Source: a virus. Taken from it: DNA of 64,000 nucleotides. Under the pieces are notes generated by a model, which had not been told where the DNA came from, did no database searches, and saw nothing but the letters and a program-made list of their open reading frames with translations. The position numbers and the translations under genes were made by a program. Below, piece by piece: positions 21,601 through 29,963 of this stretch. The stretch covers positions 10,336 through 74,335 of the IMG/VR virus record IMGVR_UViG_3300026519_000239. The stretch is one strand, 5' to 3'. Numbering within the stretch: the first letter of the stretch is position 1; every line of letters begins with the position of its first letter.

Positions 21601-23602
21601 TCGGAGTAGTGCAGTAGAAGACATTCGTTCTAATGGAGTATCTAAAAAAGATGTGCATATTATTGAGCAGAAAGTAATAGATTTGGTTCGTGCTACTAAG
21701 GGACTGCCAGTTACTGGAGAGATTGAACCAAATATAGCTGCCATTGCTTATAGTACGCTTGGTAAAGATATTCTGAAGGACACTCCTACTCTGAATAGCA
21801 TTGTGAATCAAATAGGCGTCATGTACTTCGTAGAGTCCTATGGGTACTTGTCAGATAAAAAGAAAGGCATGATCAAAGACATGATGGAAGAAGAGAGTGT
21901 AGGCATTGAAGGGATGCTTGAAATCGTAGCTGCTAACAAGGAGAAAGAGATTGCAGGCAGATACGAGGGAGACCCTCTAAATATGATTGCTGGTGATATA
22001 GGGATCTTTGACCCAGAAGTAAGAATCATGGAAACCAGCAAGAAGAATAAGAATAATCATATTCTTCTGCGTGATCTTGGGAATGGATATGGAGTATTCA
22101 GAAATGGCTACGTAGCTTCTATGGATTATTCCAAGGGATTGTTTGGCTTGACTGATAAGAGTAGGAGACCAGGTACTTTCATATCTTTCGATGAAGCCAA
22201 TAAGATGAAATCCACTGATGGCTTATTTAAGAGATATCGTAACGGTAAATTGATTGGGTATGAGCTGAGGCTTACTGAAAAGGATCAGAACAAACATATA
22301 GACAAGAATCGGCAAGCACATGAGCTGATAGGCAGCGAAGCTGGAAGGATCATGCGTGAGGATAGGACAGAGAAGTACAACCTCGAAGCTATAGACATGG
22401 TTTACGCTGATTGGGAAAGGAAGTATGCCAAGAATCCAAAGCAATGGATCAAGGTATCTACTAATAGCAAGAATAGGCAGGTAGCTGAGTTTGCCCGTAC
22501 GATGCCTAAGCATATGAAGGATAAAGCCAACGAGTTGTTTCCTAATGGTGAGATGTATGTGAGGAAGGAGCAGCTCAATTTATTGCTTGGATTCAGGAAA
22601 CTTTCAGTGGCTCAAGAGATTGAGAGAGTTACCAAGAAGAAGTTACCAAGACCAGTAGTCAAGTCTATTGTTATCGGCCAAAAGCTATGGGAAACAGTTA
22701 TATCTGACGTTAAATCCAAAACTATTCTGTTTACCCCAGCAGTCGTACTAGGCAACCAAATGAGTAACATGCTGTTGCTGAAATTGAAGGGAGTTGACTT
22801 TGAAGATGCCATTAGAGGGCAGGTAGAAGGATTGCGGCAGATCAAGATTCACTTAAAGTTGCAAAAGGAGATTGCAGCTCTTGAGGCTAAGCAGATAGCT
22901 GGGGATGTAAGCCCTACAATACAGAGACAGATTGATCGTAAAAGGACTAGGATGGAAAGCTTGGGTATTCATCCATTGATCAATGAAGGAATCTTTCAGC
23001 CTATCGTAGAAGACCTGTCATCCAGTGAGTTTGGGGATGCTCCTGTTGGCGTAGAGACTCTCAAGCTAGTAAGTCCTAGGTTGGCTGATAAATTGAATGT
23101 AGCTGGTGAGAAAGCACCTGCATGGGCACGTAAGGCAGGTGCTTTAATGATGCTATCCCCTAGTACAAAACTAGGTAACAACATTAGGCTAGCAACATCC
23201 TACAGTGATGTACTGGCTCGGTATGTACTGTTTAATCATCTACGCAAGACTGAACCATCGAAAAGCCCCAGGGAGCATGTAGATGAAATTATGGATACAT
23301 TCGTAGACTATGCTCCCAATACATCTAGAGGTATCCAGTTCCTGAATGATTCTGGCTTGTATATGTACACTAAGTTCTTACTAAGGACTCAGAGAATTAT
23401 TGCAAGAACATTGGCTGATAGTCCTGATCGATTCATTGGGTTGCAGTTGGCTCAAGCAGTAGTTGGGGATTTGCCTGATATTGCGGATTCGCAAATGTTG
23501 ACTGGGATTTCATTGGGAGGAGGAAGGACAGTTACTCCAGATGAAGCTATAGATACAGTAACCCAGTTACCGTTGTTCTATGCACTGAAACAAGTATTTT
23601 GA
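12653..23602 (+). CDS. virion-encapsidated RNA polymerase (N4 gp50-like)
   Basis: ~3,650 aa with no Cys seen; TFGR, EVDGISNG (motif A), RKIGKSYVLPKNY (motif B), LFDA (motif C); GGAG RBS before ATG 12653. Confidence 0.93.
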   Translation: MSKLDDLLSALSTTADQRVNAAMDKYTNIFGGPSPDQPVQVPKQQEAEIASQRAQTTVEALNPQQPAPEEAPLTPEQRLAQISGVTDIDPKKEYIEVKTPDGKSKLVDATSSDGDNITRAIRNTYNNTTERGYALDTWEVPHGGKKQQEAFFNSNKGQKQREAAARILGISPEQVTAEHIFTLGQNAAKERARLIAEHGGLVGSVELGDVRNDPTTGNRVLSSTKLADGTDLRDLLNTPLLNADFYSKYNSRGRRDYELGSTKNPDGGAVLSDAEAANPSAVGSLVQIGTSAIDAFLRTGLGGVNAAANTGVQIAAALQGEGIQDLTPEDRQIFDRIRDTEKKGKTLLSKIEKDPVASKIDVIDQMTNQAIEATGGTPEQPVDKLDKYMQEALAPEEYAIWKGTAKRPDTPIQNNALDSLTKKPEGILDTLSQSAGLAAGLIFGFGTVKAAANPSAAIQQARQQVEGTGLVDKTDKTKFQRYSEVKQQQETAAKAIANPVDTVLGTEGRNDQQDRFRVNAKTGRAEYVPMHNAYGDKAAMEILDAGAERMVKAGEKGDYIGVVSEAASTLYDVVTKEKTATASAFADVIGLAAATMFNKKGAVEEGTGFVGKLAGFVKNLPKGANGPQALNTAFKAANIVGLQQDKLTEMETKFTELNKGEAPTPEEYEKIKDLSVVASAVDLLGIAMFTGPGGKAMSEMLSKATTKKAGQFASKVLAEMAGTGINGLDEVAVEAITQLGTRQRQGDFDKKAWAVSFLQGAQAKAPGAVLEVATKGIPSIPGDVLDGTVKAVKMYQRVNDVAKGHKFTIDEEGNVHFKGKVMPGMVPPDPETGKYPTEVPKDVEKAIKQMIYKGQGDAVVKHIANTRAVLEGEFTEEDLQKRIITPSVDIVTEASMAADQAFVDTAEVESPETGETVPAEPAVPQELDVTNPEEVIAVLKNQDIPVVQRAAITLAVQSRMQTIYGQTVAQMQEAMTKGELEGDKAEAAIALLDQYEAWIDVLSTQVDSLPKNERVEAGVIYQEKGDQLLADIIRGSAPEVTKQDTAKSPLVQSYKKVLDYINTRDEEDNKTADDVRKEVLQDGENASGKKGLMTHMKALAVAGISKNPEALAYARAEVNSFLASQTDKLNKLKEAVDAYEESGNPVPVYFKSNIAKKEPNFVVDNPGKVRNFIKVIEQEVQMIGEVAKMGDELHNKLKNNEPILEDALEKQLKETGKKVSDIANAPKQNQKKEDNVATQKEDKAPVNAEVQTTDKADTAPTKTQVDAKKVEDKPKEKPVAKKAKKKKEKPKVDVLGDEVKAEPTPEEIKKDTEDAKQQQEKTKEQWLEDPLVADIKAAFEEAQNQDPEDNADIADLKPVLDLTKTEKVAKETSKEATPMVKTIQSHTKNVSILMKQISSRRYMPPGLKKLMESGKQLTTDYFLKGRKNPTGLLALPSLTAIGNYLKDVGDTGLEAFRADLLGELGPAMKKELFKQFQNSANYVIGRKLSLDKLATSPIGLFLNEKNELAPQLRNAMLHTAVEWIADKSVASVLKTDKEVYASLGLDIKSDFITPSVLDALRDMGELRSKLAEQLGNRVLEGLGIDLNSDVPDAGFRQRLVGSIGLSMLSAMANIKDKKGEPIIHFNRVPSELMAELTETASVSMEASPVYVSLNIQRDEYQRPVMDQSGRVRVNNLLAYKIRKKTNQSKEIYKKYMELAFGKKPITRTTSYKPFKMRKPEDIKDRPTRNNSYGQLSEAELDHVNQLQQVAFKANPLIKMMDLKEGRMAIAKMFGYVEPTRDGDIPSLPLDKVKGQLAKNEAIIRDLDAVLDKLSEQDQTIEELTKARDEATDPKDRERLQRELNQARKKEIYFPFKISTFGRALDNAQDLSIQRSKIHRNIFTPAESTHTFPMSDTKSMEAIMKSFIEPLGLDRVRMESDPTGEFMDRFAIKNADGTYTASDPVIEKGIQAMQAFLRDDFYKPEDITAAVDELGEEGHSWLALMDVANIRTALESGNPDASITTYSYIEVDGISNGIMSMLRQVMSEFDAKEAINDPNSFSAEVLDFANAGGMYIEGGKYQSYGEYLADGGYDVYQKVIIKTADAMDRAVTAANKMTPKDVTNLRIRLENEQAKSANKRNQSLIAELKRELAIYAVKDIIPEFVVEGTNQVTKGARKIGKSYVLPKNYMSGDKAAKEGVARDMLDSMRAELAELASKVSPVAVINNDSNDADLRAFKTAAKRMNAFLRQVNPEIPAYTWDTAREPFSKEHEAQAIQVIVDGLGSILADGYFEAAGKFTETGGKSLNIIGQAQAIIVKHIAQQRINAAMEKKGGAVLSEGERQKIMQELADEGIYVGAKTPDSDADRSSFILDVVDRKPMEDAQGGYVQNDYSGDSRRPGYTVPVREFGFVDGELVDTGIKPVKSAKASIYVKQPSSKIGLRMAIGLNINQESATNRQLEGSSYDLFDAQLNDPMKDAEASKKINKVWETYQQDNSMMENAVNQLERLIEASKKFNSPELTGEINRFLEELNDHPDSPIVGDTLDKLLVDAKSMSNRINQARSQFNQAVSVSGQYDSIGNAYEVKESNVHGSSARRINLDTFKKGESVPVTMSSISMLWAQTKAGQKIGDTKEDAAYMDEIFGKHILPMVQRVRGLTVAVQNSRYERGGAAKGKNIFIKRNSAVRELATDMSDAEIMLHEFTHPLWEEGFRQDSLSLDQVSKLMDEAIASEEFTPEALMDKSHPDPEEAYNAAKQLYDYITSDVHEFATFGLTNARVRRVLNRIETKKTKGRPKTLLNLLRSIFEALLGRWKSYESKSPSTIGVELENIAGRFQQAAEASNKTLYKRLENKAFKEVNKKIVEPIVEWQKSVTDRAPDWKKALALPAGLLRSEYTTQLGKLGDRLVKEHHGILADAAREMLGPNKVTRPFHRMLSYVNEHVDSAAIRTTQATSQVITELFNKKLTNKQWKALTDGLLRTDAYVAERAIGLDGLKDIVSNDKSDEYRSSAVEDIRSNGVSKKDVHIIEQKVIDLVRATKGLPVTGEIEPNIAAIAYSTLGKDILKDTPTLNSIVNQIGVMYFVESYGYLSDKKKGMIKDMMEEESVGIEGMLEIVAANKEKEIAGRYEGDPLNMIAGDIGIFDPEVRIMETSKKNKNNHILLRDLGNGYGVFRNGYVASMDYSKGLFGLTDKSRRPGTFISFDEANKMKSTDGLFKRYRNGKLIGYELRLTEKDQNKHIDKNRQAHELIGSEAGRIMREDRTEKYNLEAIDMVYADWERKYAKNPKQWIKVSTNSKNRQVAEFARTMPKHMKDKANELFPNGEMYVRKEQLNLLLGFRKLSVAQEIERVTKKKLPRPVVKSIVIGQKLWETVISDVKSKTILFTPAVVLGNQMSNMLLLKLKGVDFEDAIRGQVEGLRQIKIHLKLQKEIAALEAKQIAGDVSPTIQRQIDRKRTRMESLGIHPLINEGIFQPIVEDLSSSEFGDAPVGVETLKLVSPRLADKLNVAGEKAPAWARKAGALMMLSPSTKLGNNIRLATSYSDVLARYVLFNHLRKTEPSKSPREHVDEIMDTFVDYAPNTSRGIQFLNDSGLYMYTKFLLRTQRIIARTLADSPDRFIGLQLAQAVVGDLPDIADSQMLTGISLGGGRTVTPDEAIDTVTQLPLFYALKQVF

Positions 23603-23611
23603 TAAGTAGGT

Positions 23612-23640
23612 AAGGGGGAGCTATCAAAACTCCCCCAGCA
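23612..23640. terminator. hairpin between convergent late and middle arms
   Basis: GGGGGAG-N9-CTCCCCC at the convergence point; weak U-tracts. Confidence 0.5.
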
Positions 23641-23644
23641 CCTT

Positions 23645-24043
23645 TCAAGAAGGAAATACACGCATGCCATTTACTGCGTGCAAACGATTGTGTTTGAAGA
23701 TGAGCGTGTCTTTGGCATACACACTTACGACTGATTCAGAGCCTCTTACAGGAAACAGTGCTTCTTCTGGTTTCTTAATCCATCTCCCATGAAGTTCATC
23801 GAATTTGGATTTAGATAATGTATTCAGGCTGCATACAAACATATTCGGATTTCGTTTCGCAAACATGACATATATCCTATTAGCACTTACAGAGTACACA
23901 ATGATGCAGCTAAGCATTACTCCTGCTACAAGTACTAACATTGCTACTAGAGCAATGCCAAATACTTGAAACCAAAGATTGAAGCTATAAGCCATTGCTG
24001 CTACAAATAGCAGCAGCAATAATACAATCAGCAGCAGAGTCAC
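23645..24043 (-). CDS. hypothetical membrane protein
   Basis: Two N-terminal hydrophobic helices. Confidence 0.55.
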   Translation of the reverse strand: MTLLLIVLLLLLFVAAMAYSFNLWFQVFGIALVAMLVLVAGVMLSCIIVYSVSANRIYVMFAKRNPNMFVCSLNTLSKSKFDELHGRWIKKPEEALFPVRGSESVVSVYAKDTLIFKHNRLHAVNGMRVFPS

Positions 24044-24696
24044 TATGAGAACATATCGTCTTCGTCGGTATCTTCCTCATTGCTATCTTCAGCGGTAGAA
24101 GTGGCCTCTATTAACTGAGAGACCGCATCTTCAGCAGAAGTAGCTAACAGGCTGTTATCATCGTCATCATCATCCAAGAATGGATTTTCAGGGGGTTCTT
24201 CCTGAGATTCTTGGAGAGCATCTAGTTCTGGCTCCTCAGAAGCTTCGTACTCATCAATGATGGCTTGTACTTCTTCCATAGACAGATGAACATCAATCTT
24301 CTTACCAGTCAGTTCTTCTGCTTTTTTTGCAAGTTCGATGTGAGCTTTGGTTCGTCGTATACGTTTTCTACTGGCTTCCTGTTTTTGCTCAGTAGATGTT
24401 TCATCCTTCTCCGATTTCTCAGTTTCATTTTCGTCGAATAAATCAAGTTGACTCTTAGTGGCCGAGTTTTCAGAAACATCAGCAGAAGTATCCTCACCAA
24501 AGTTAACAGGTACAGTAACCTCAATATAGACTGAAGTCTGGTCTTCACTGATCTCAGCCCTTATAGAGCTACTTTCACTGTTGATGTACTTCTGAAATTC
24601 AGGAATGCCGCTGAGAGCTAAAGATACTAGACTCTCAATAGACATTTCGGCGGACAGGGTTTGATGGATTGCTAAATCCATAGAATATCTCCTCAT
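24043..24696 (-). CDS. acidic hypothetical protein (position of N4 gp46)
   Basis: 217-aa acidic ORF directly downstream of SSB. Confidence 0.55.
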   Translation of the reverse strand: MRRYSMDLAIHQTLSAEMSIESLVSLALSGIPEFQKYINSESSSIRAEISEDQTSVYIEVTVPVNFGEDTSADVSENSATKSQLDLFDENETEKSEKDETSTEQKQEASRKRIRRTKAHIELAKKAEELTGKKIDVHLSMEEVQAIIDEYEASEEPELDALQESQEEPPENPFLDDDDDDNSLLATSAEDAVSQLIEATSTAEDSNEEDTDEDDMFS

Positions 24697-24746
24697 GGTT
24701 GATTGAATCCCACCCCTGAGAATTCAAGGATGGGCAGGTAGACGGG

Positions 24747-25496
24747 TTAGGTGAAATCGAATCCTTCGTCATCGTCTTCTACCAATTCAGAATTGGTAGA
24801 TGTGCTGGGTTCTTGAGGTGCTGGCTTGCTAGCTCCTTTCAGTGGTTTATACTGGTCCCAGTCTTTACCAGCATTAGCTTTTTCCCATTTTTCCAGCTCA
24901 GTACCCGGGTTGCTCGCATCATTCTCCAGCTCATATGGAGTTGCCTTATCCAGATTGGCAACAATGCTCAGAATGGCAGATGTTTTACGTTCTGCCTGTG
25001 CAACCATCTTTCCATCAATTTGCTTGTACTTATTACTGATGCGGCGGGTAATGCCTGCATATAGTTCGGTTCCTACTAGTGGACCGATCACAGGAAGTTT
25101 CTTTGGTACCTCAGCACCAGCATCGAAGTCATAAACTTGGATTACTGTCGGTTTGATGTCAGGGAACAATTCAGCCAGTGTCTTTCCTGTAGCTGCAATA
25201 CACACTTTATTGGCTTTCACGTAATCACGTAATAGAACCTTCTTCCCGTCCTTTACGGTGTATGGCTTCTTGTTCTCTAGGACAGTGAGGTAAAAGGTAA
25301 CTGTTGAGCCAGTATCAATCTCAAGCTCTAGTACCATTTCCTGCTTAGTATCGTCGTAAGCGTTCTTACGGATGTACGCTTTCTGTACAGTAGCCAGATA
25401 GACTCCTGTCTCAGGTACACCGAATGTCTTGGCGTCAGATGTCACTGCCTGTTTTGCGAGTGAGTCGTCTTCAATTGCAAATGGGTTTACTGCCAT
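24747..25496 (-). CDS. ssb: single-stranded DNA-binding protein (N4 gp45-like)
   Basis: ETGVY.ATV..AY and I.VYDFDAGAEVP..L.G motifs; acidic/aromatic tail; synteny. Confidence 0.8.
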   Translation of the reverse strand: MAVNPFAIEDDSLAKQAVTSDAKTFGVPETGVYLATVQKAYIRKNAYDDTKQEMVLELEIDTGSTVTFYLTVLENKKPYTVKDGKKVLLRDYVKANKVCIAATGKTLAELFPDIKPTVIQVYDFDAGAEVPKKLPVIGPLVGTELYAGITRRISNKYKQIDGKMVAQAERKTSAILSIVANLDKATPYELENDASNPGTELEKWEKANAGKDWDQYKPLKGASKPAPQEPSTSTNSELVEDDDEGFDFT

Positions 25497-25509
25497 TTTT
25501 TGAGTCTCC

Positions 25510-26346
25510 TTATTGGAATAGTTCTTGAATATGGTCGAATACCATATCTAGATCGTTGTTGATGAAAGTTACATTGGGGGGGAACATTCCCGCAGGTGAA
25601 CGGATAAGATGTGTATCCGCAGTGTCAGCATTTAGCTGTACTTGGAATACATGCCTACTGTTAGTAGCTGGGATGGTTTCCACTTTGTCGAGGAATTTGT
25701 GATCTTGATCCTCTAAAGCACCAAGAGGCATCAGGCTAGAATGCCAAGCTACTGTAAACAGCTTCTCTATTCCTACCTTACCTAGCCTACCTTGAAGGTT
25801 GCAGCGGTACTTGAATTCCTCTCCATCTTCGTCACCTTTGTAAGCCAGATGACCGAAGGCAACTACCTGCATACCACTCTTTTTAGCAGCAGAGATAGTA
25901 TCTTCTAGAAGTGCTGAGTAGTACCCCCAACCTGCCCTGGAATCTACAACTTCGTAAGGGTTGCCTTCCACATCAACTTTCTCAGTTGATGCTACGTACC
26001 GTTCATTGGTTTTCATCTTGCCATTTACTACCTTGCGTTGAGGTGTTTTGGCATTTATGAAATTACGTGCATACGTATCAGCTAGCGTGTTGATAGTGTC
26101 CAATACGGCCATATCAAACAATCCAGATTCACCTGCCTTTTTCAAGATGGTAGGTAGCTGAGTTACACAATCAGGTCGGATATCTTTGAAATGGGTTTTA
26201 CCAATCCAAGGAACATCCTTGTCATCGAGGTTAATGAGTAGAGTTCTTTTTGCCAGCTCTGGTTTCAGGGACATCAGAGACGATGTTTTTCCTGCTCCCG
26301 GTGGACCGCTGATCAGAATTGGTGGTTTGTACGTCATGGTTGTCAT
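25510..26346 (-). CDS. AAA_24/Sak4-like ATPase (N4 gp44-like)
   Basis: Walker A GPPGAGKT, VLDTI, WG.Y, G.E..F and IRSP.GMF..NND motifs; GAGG RBS before ATG 26346. Confidence 0.8.
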   Translation of the reverse strand: MTTMTYKPPILISGPPGAGKTSSLMSLKPELAKRTLLINLDDKDVPWIGKTHFKDIRPDCVTQLPTILKKAGESGLFDMAVLDTINTLADTYARNFINAKTPQRKVVNGKMKTNERYVASTEKVDVEGNPYEVVDSRAGWGYYSALLEDTISAAKKSGMQVVAFGHLAYKGDEDGEEFKYRCNLQGRLGKVGIEKLFTVAWHSSLMPLGALEDQDHKFLDKVETIPATNSRHVFQVQLNADTADTHLIRSPAGMFPPNVTFINNDLDMVFDHIQELFQ

Positions 26347-26432
26347 CTTGGTTCCTCGTGTTGTCGATGAAGTCATGTGTGTTTCCGATTGGGTGTACCG
26401 TCATCTCAATGCGGTACTTCTTTGGTTTCATG

Positions 26433-28595
26433 TCATACGGCACTCTTATTGGCTCCTTTAGATTTGATTGATTTGAAAATGGTAGATACAAGTTCCTTGT
26501 CACTTAGTGGACTTGGTAACTTGCTGTTAAGTTCTCGTACAGTAGCCTCAATATCTGCTACTGACATATTGCTATCATTCAACACAGCCGCGTATCTGAA
26601 TAGTGTGTTGTTTCTTGGCGCTCCCTTGATGATCTGACGTAAGAACCAATGCTCTAACCGTGTTGAGGCTTTCAGTGTCTTACGTTCATGTTCAAGGTTG
26701 GCTGCTGCTTCACTATCCGGAATAAACTCCAAGATATTGAATAGTTCAGTTCCTTTGTTGAGCTTGATATTCGAGTCATGTCCAAGCCACTTTCTTGATC
26801 TTTGGTTTGTAGCCCTATCAACTTGAAATGGAATGAAGTCATAAATCTTCTTCATCATCTCAGCGTAGGCTTCAGCATCCAGCTTCATGAAGTGGCTTGT
26901 AACTAATACAATTCTGTATCTTTCGTGGTTTGGTTTGCTGCTTTTGGTTTCATAGCTAATGAACATGTATTGCCCAAGCAGTTCTTCAGCTACCTTACGT
27001 GGTACATATGGTCCAGTAGAATCATTATCAATATCCAGTACTATGAAGTTGAATCCTGGAATACACGCTTTCTCAGAACGGCTCTCTTCACTGAGGTGAT
27101 GCGTAATCCAATGTAACCCTTGGGTAACTATTCGCTTTCCTATGGCTTTGAGTGATCCACGAATGTTCTTATAGCCGTAGGTATGGTGATTACTTATAGC
27201 TAAATGGAGGTTGTCCATATTTGTTTCAGTGATCTCTTCGGCTGAGTACACCACAATTCCATTTGGTTTCTTATGCTGACGTAGAATGATGTTGTTTGAT
27301 AGTCCCCACTCAGTAGCCAATTCTATGGTTTCCTTACGTACAGCCTCAGATCCTTTGAACCAAGGCAACGCAGACATAAGTTGAGCCATGGTCACTGGGT
27401 GAGATAGCTTGGCTAAGTAAGTAGCGATTAGTTCATGAGGCTGGGTTGAAGTATCTACATGTTGAACATGAGGAGTAGCTTCTTCAAGTAGTTTGATGAT
27501 GCTATCAACATGCTCACGCTCCATAGTACCTACGCCGTCATAAGCAGCAAGTACAGCAGCTCCTTTTACGATCCTCATGAGTCTATGTTGCATTTCTGTT
27601 TTGCGGTACTCAGAAGGCATATGAGCAGCTCTTTGAGCACATAGAGCGTCGTATTCAAAGATGTACTTCATTAAGTCATCTTCTATATAGATTGTTTTGC
27701 CGATATTTTGTGGATTAGTCATCGACTTCACATGCTTTGTCATGCTTTCCAGAGTAGCTGGATCTCCTGTGTCATAGAGAGCCTTCACACGTTCCTCAGG
27801 CGTCGTAGAAGGCCTATTAGCTTCTGCGTTGTACACAATATGTGCCCTACGCCCAAGACCTGCTGTAAGCGTATGCATGAAGCTAGAATGCGTATCTGGG
27901 TTTTGGAGGTGAGCACCAGTACCAAATAGTAGAAGGTTTACTGGCACTGGCTTGGATTGTGTGTTTACTCGTTCATTATCCTTTGTGTTCTTGATTAGCT
28001 TATCCTTCATATTGCCCTGATCATAGGCAATGATCAGTCTTTGTAAGAACTGCCCATCAGCCCCATTGACGCTGAATACTTCATCAATTGTTACGTTGAT
28101 AGAGCCATACCCTGTCATTGCACAAGCCATCTGGGCCTGTCTGATGCCTGTAGGAGTGGCTTCATCAGTAAACAGGGGTGGAATACCTAAAGAAGTTACT
28201 TCTTTTCTAGCTTTAGCTAAGGCTTCATCTTGAGGTGTTCCTTCTTTTTGCATAGCATTAGATCTGGCCTCTATCACATCTTCTGCGAAAGCTCTGAAGG
28301 TATTGGTATAGTTATTCTTCAAATCTTTCAGGATAGTGTCCTCCATTTCAGAAGTCATAATTCCTTTTCCTGAACCAGAAGGACTCAGGCAGACAGCAAA
28401 CATATTGACTGGAAACTTATGGTTCCCAGGCATACATACTTTCGTATTCACTACTGATGCTGCTACTGCTAGATAGAAATAGGTGACTGTTCTGGCAAAC
28501 AGCTCATCTTGTGAGTTGGCTTTCTTTAATAGATGTTGAACCAGTACCTCTGTTGGTTCATGGTATTTTAGCTTGTTAGCTGCGAATTCAGGCAT
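26433..28595 (-). CDS. DNA primase (N4 gp43-like)
   Basis: SPSGSGKG, IPGFNFIVLDID, RYRIV and C-terminal RNNTLFRYA (PriCT-like); AAGGAG RBS before ATG 28595. Confidence 0.85.
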   Translation of the reverse strand: MPEFAANKLKYHEPTEVLVQHLLKKANSQDELFARTVTYFYLAVAASVVNTKVCMPGNHKFPVNMFAVCLSPSGSGKGIMTSEMEDTILKDLKNNYTNTFRAFAEDVIEARSNAMQKEGTPQDEALAKARKEVTSLGIPPLFTDEATPTGIRQAQMACAMTGYGSINVTIDEVFSVNGADGQFLQRLIIAYDQGNMKDKLIKNTKDNERVNTQSKPVPVNLLLFGTGAHLQNPDTHSSFMHTLTAGLGRRAHIVYNAEANRPSTTPEERVKALYDTGDPATLESMTKHVKSMTNPQNIGKTIYIEDDLMKYIFEYDALCAQRAAHMPSEYRKTEMQHRLMRIVKGAAVLAAYDGVGTMEREHVDSIIKLLEEATPHVQHVDTSTQPHELIATYLAKLSHPVTMAQLMSALPWFKGSEAVRKETIELATEWGLSNNIILRQHKKPNGIVVYSAEEITETNMDNLHLAISNHHTYGYKNIRGSLKAIGKRIVTQGLHWITHHLSEESRSEKACIPGFNFIVLDIDNDSTGPYVPRKVAEELLGQYMFISYETKSSKPNHERYRIVLVTSHFMKLDAEAYAEMMKKIYDFIPFQVDRATNQRSRKWLGHDSNIKLNKGTELFNILEFIPDSEAAANLEHERKTLKASTRLEHWFLRQIIKGAPRNNTLFRYAAVLNDSNMSVADIEATVRELNSKLPSPLSDKELVSTIFKSIKSKGANKSAV

Positions 28596-29049
28596 TTGGT
28601 AATGCTCCTTTCTTGAAGATGTACAGATCGGCGTGCCCATGTTTAAGTGGGCTGCCTATTTTGCTTGAGATTGTGAAATGGATATCAGTCAGGTACTTGT
28701 AGTTGTCATCTTCCAAGTACCCCTCGTTAACCAAAATATCTAAAACAAACTTAGCTATCATTGTGCACATGTTATGCACGTCTGAGCGTCTATTGTTGGG
28801 CCTGTGATACACCACAAGACAGGTCACTACTCCTGTATATGGCTTATCTGGCTTAGGAGGCAGGTTGACACTGTACTTGTATTTTTGTTTCAGTGTGTTC
28901 TGAGTGAATCTGTTGTTGTAATTAGTAAAACCATTCAGATGGATTGGGTATAGTTTCCCTTTCTTAGACTTGCGAATCCAAATAGGTAGGTGTTTGATTT
29001 TATATAGTAGATTCTCTTTACAGTACACAAGATCATAAACACTACTCAC
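28588..29049 (-). CDS. RusA-like Holliday junction resolvase
   Basis: RRSDVHN..KFVLD.L...G.LEDDN pattern. Confidence 0.65.
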   Translation of the reverse strand: MSSVYDLVYCKENLLYKIKHLPIWIRKSKKGKLYPIHLNGFTNYNNRFTQNTLKQKYKYSVNLPPKPDKPYTGVVTCLVVYHRPNNRRSDVHNMCTMIAKFVLDILVNEGYLEDDNYKYLTDIHFTISSKIGSPLKHGHADLYIFKKGALPNA

Positions 29050-29915
29050 TTCCAGAATGGCTCCAGATGTTCTTTGATATGCGGATTAAATAAATCAACT
29101 TGTATCCGCTTATTCTTGATGACTAGCTGATGAGTACTAGCCATTCTCATTGTCCAGATAGCATGATCCATAGTAAGTCCCTTGGATTTGAATGCAGCTA
29201 CTACTCCATCCCAGTTTTCCTTTGGGGTGTTATTTACATTGACCCAATCGCCTACTTTTGCAGGGCCAATGCCTGGTACTCCTCCAAATCCATCAACAGG
29301 ATCTCCTGTAATGCATTGTTCAAAGTGGAAGTAGTTAGCAAACTCCTTGGTTTGCTGAGTCCACTCTTTCCTCTTGTCATATCTGAAGTTACGTACTGGA
29401 TTTGCTTTGTACACATCCTTATCGTTGGATGCGATAATGCAAGGCTTACCTTCTTTGTGAGCCGTCTTGGTGAGTAGCTGGATGACATCATCGGCTTCGT
29501 ATTTGTCATGGTAGAAGGAATAGCTATACCGTGAGAATGAAGCGTATAGCGGGATATACATCCTTGGTACAGGTCTGCTCTTCCTGTTGGATTTATACCC
29601 ACCAGTATCAATAGGGAGAGGCAAGCATTGTCTGAATTGGCTTGAAAGTTCGTATCCGAGTCTCTGGATAGCTACTCGTTTATTCTTTTCCCCTAGAGTG
29701 AAGTGCAGTTGTAGGTTATTTGAACCAAGCTCATCCATGAGCCTTTCGATAGCTGTATCTACTGTTTTATCAATGATTGCAGGGTAGTCTTCGGCATCCA
29801 TACAATCCTCATTCTCAGCAAAAGCTTCTATCTGATCCAAATACCAAGATAGCTGATATACGAGTGAATCAGCATCTACCAAGACTATTGGATTTTGTAT
29901 GGATACCTTTGACAT
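29046..29915 (-). CDS. 5'-3' exonuclease (T7 gp6/FEN-like)
   Basis: LVDADS, YKSNR, EADD, SNDKD and GDPVDGFGGVPGIGP (H3TH) motifs. Confidence 0.88.
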   Translation of the reverse strand: MSKVSIQNPIVLVDADSLVYQLSWYLDQIEAFAENEDCMDAEDYPAIIDKTVDTAIERLMDELGSNNLQLHFTLGEKNKRVAIQRLGYELSSQFRQCLPLPIDTGGYKSNRKSRPVPRMYIPLYASFSRYSYSFYHDKYEADDVIQLLTKTAHKEGKPCIIASNDKDVYKANPVRNFRYDKRKEWTQQTKEFANYFHFEQCITGDPVDGFGGVPGIGPAKVGDWVNVNNTPKENWDGVVAAFKSKGLTMDHAIWTMRMASTHQLVIKNKRIQVDLFNPHIKEHLEPFWK

Positions 29916-29963
29916 TATGTGGCTCTCCTCGGGCTACTTGATTACAAGAGTGGTTATATGATG

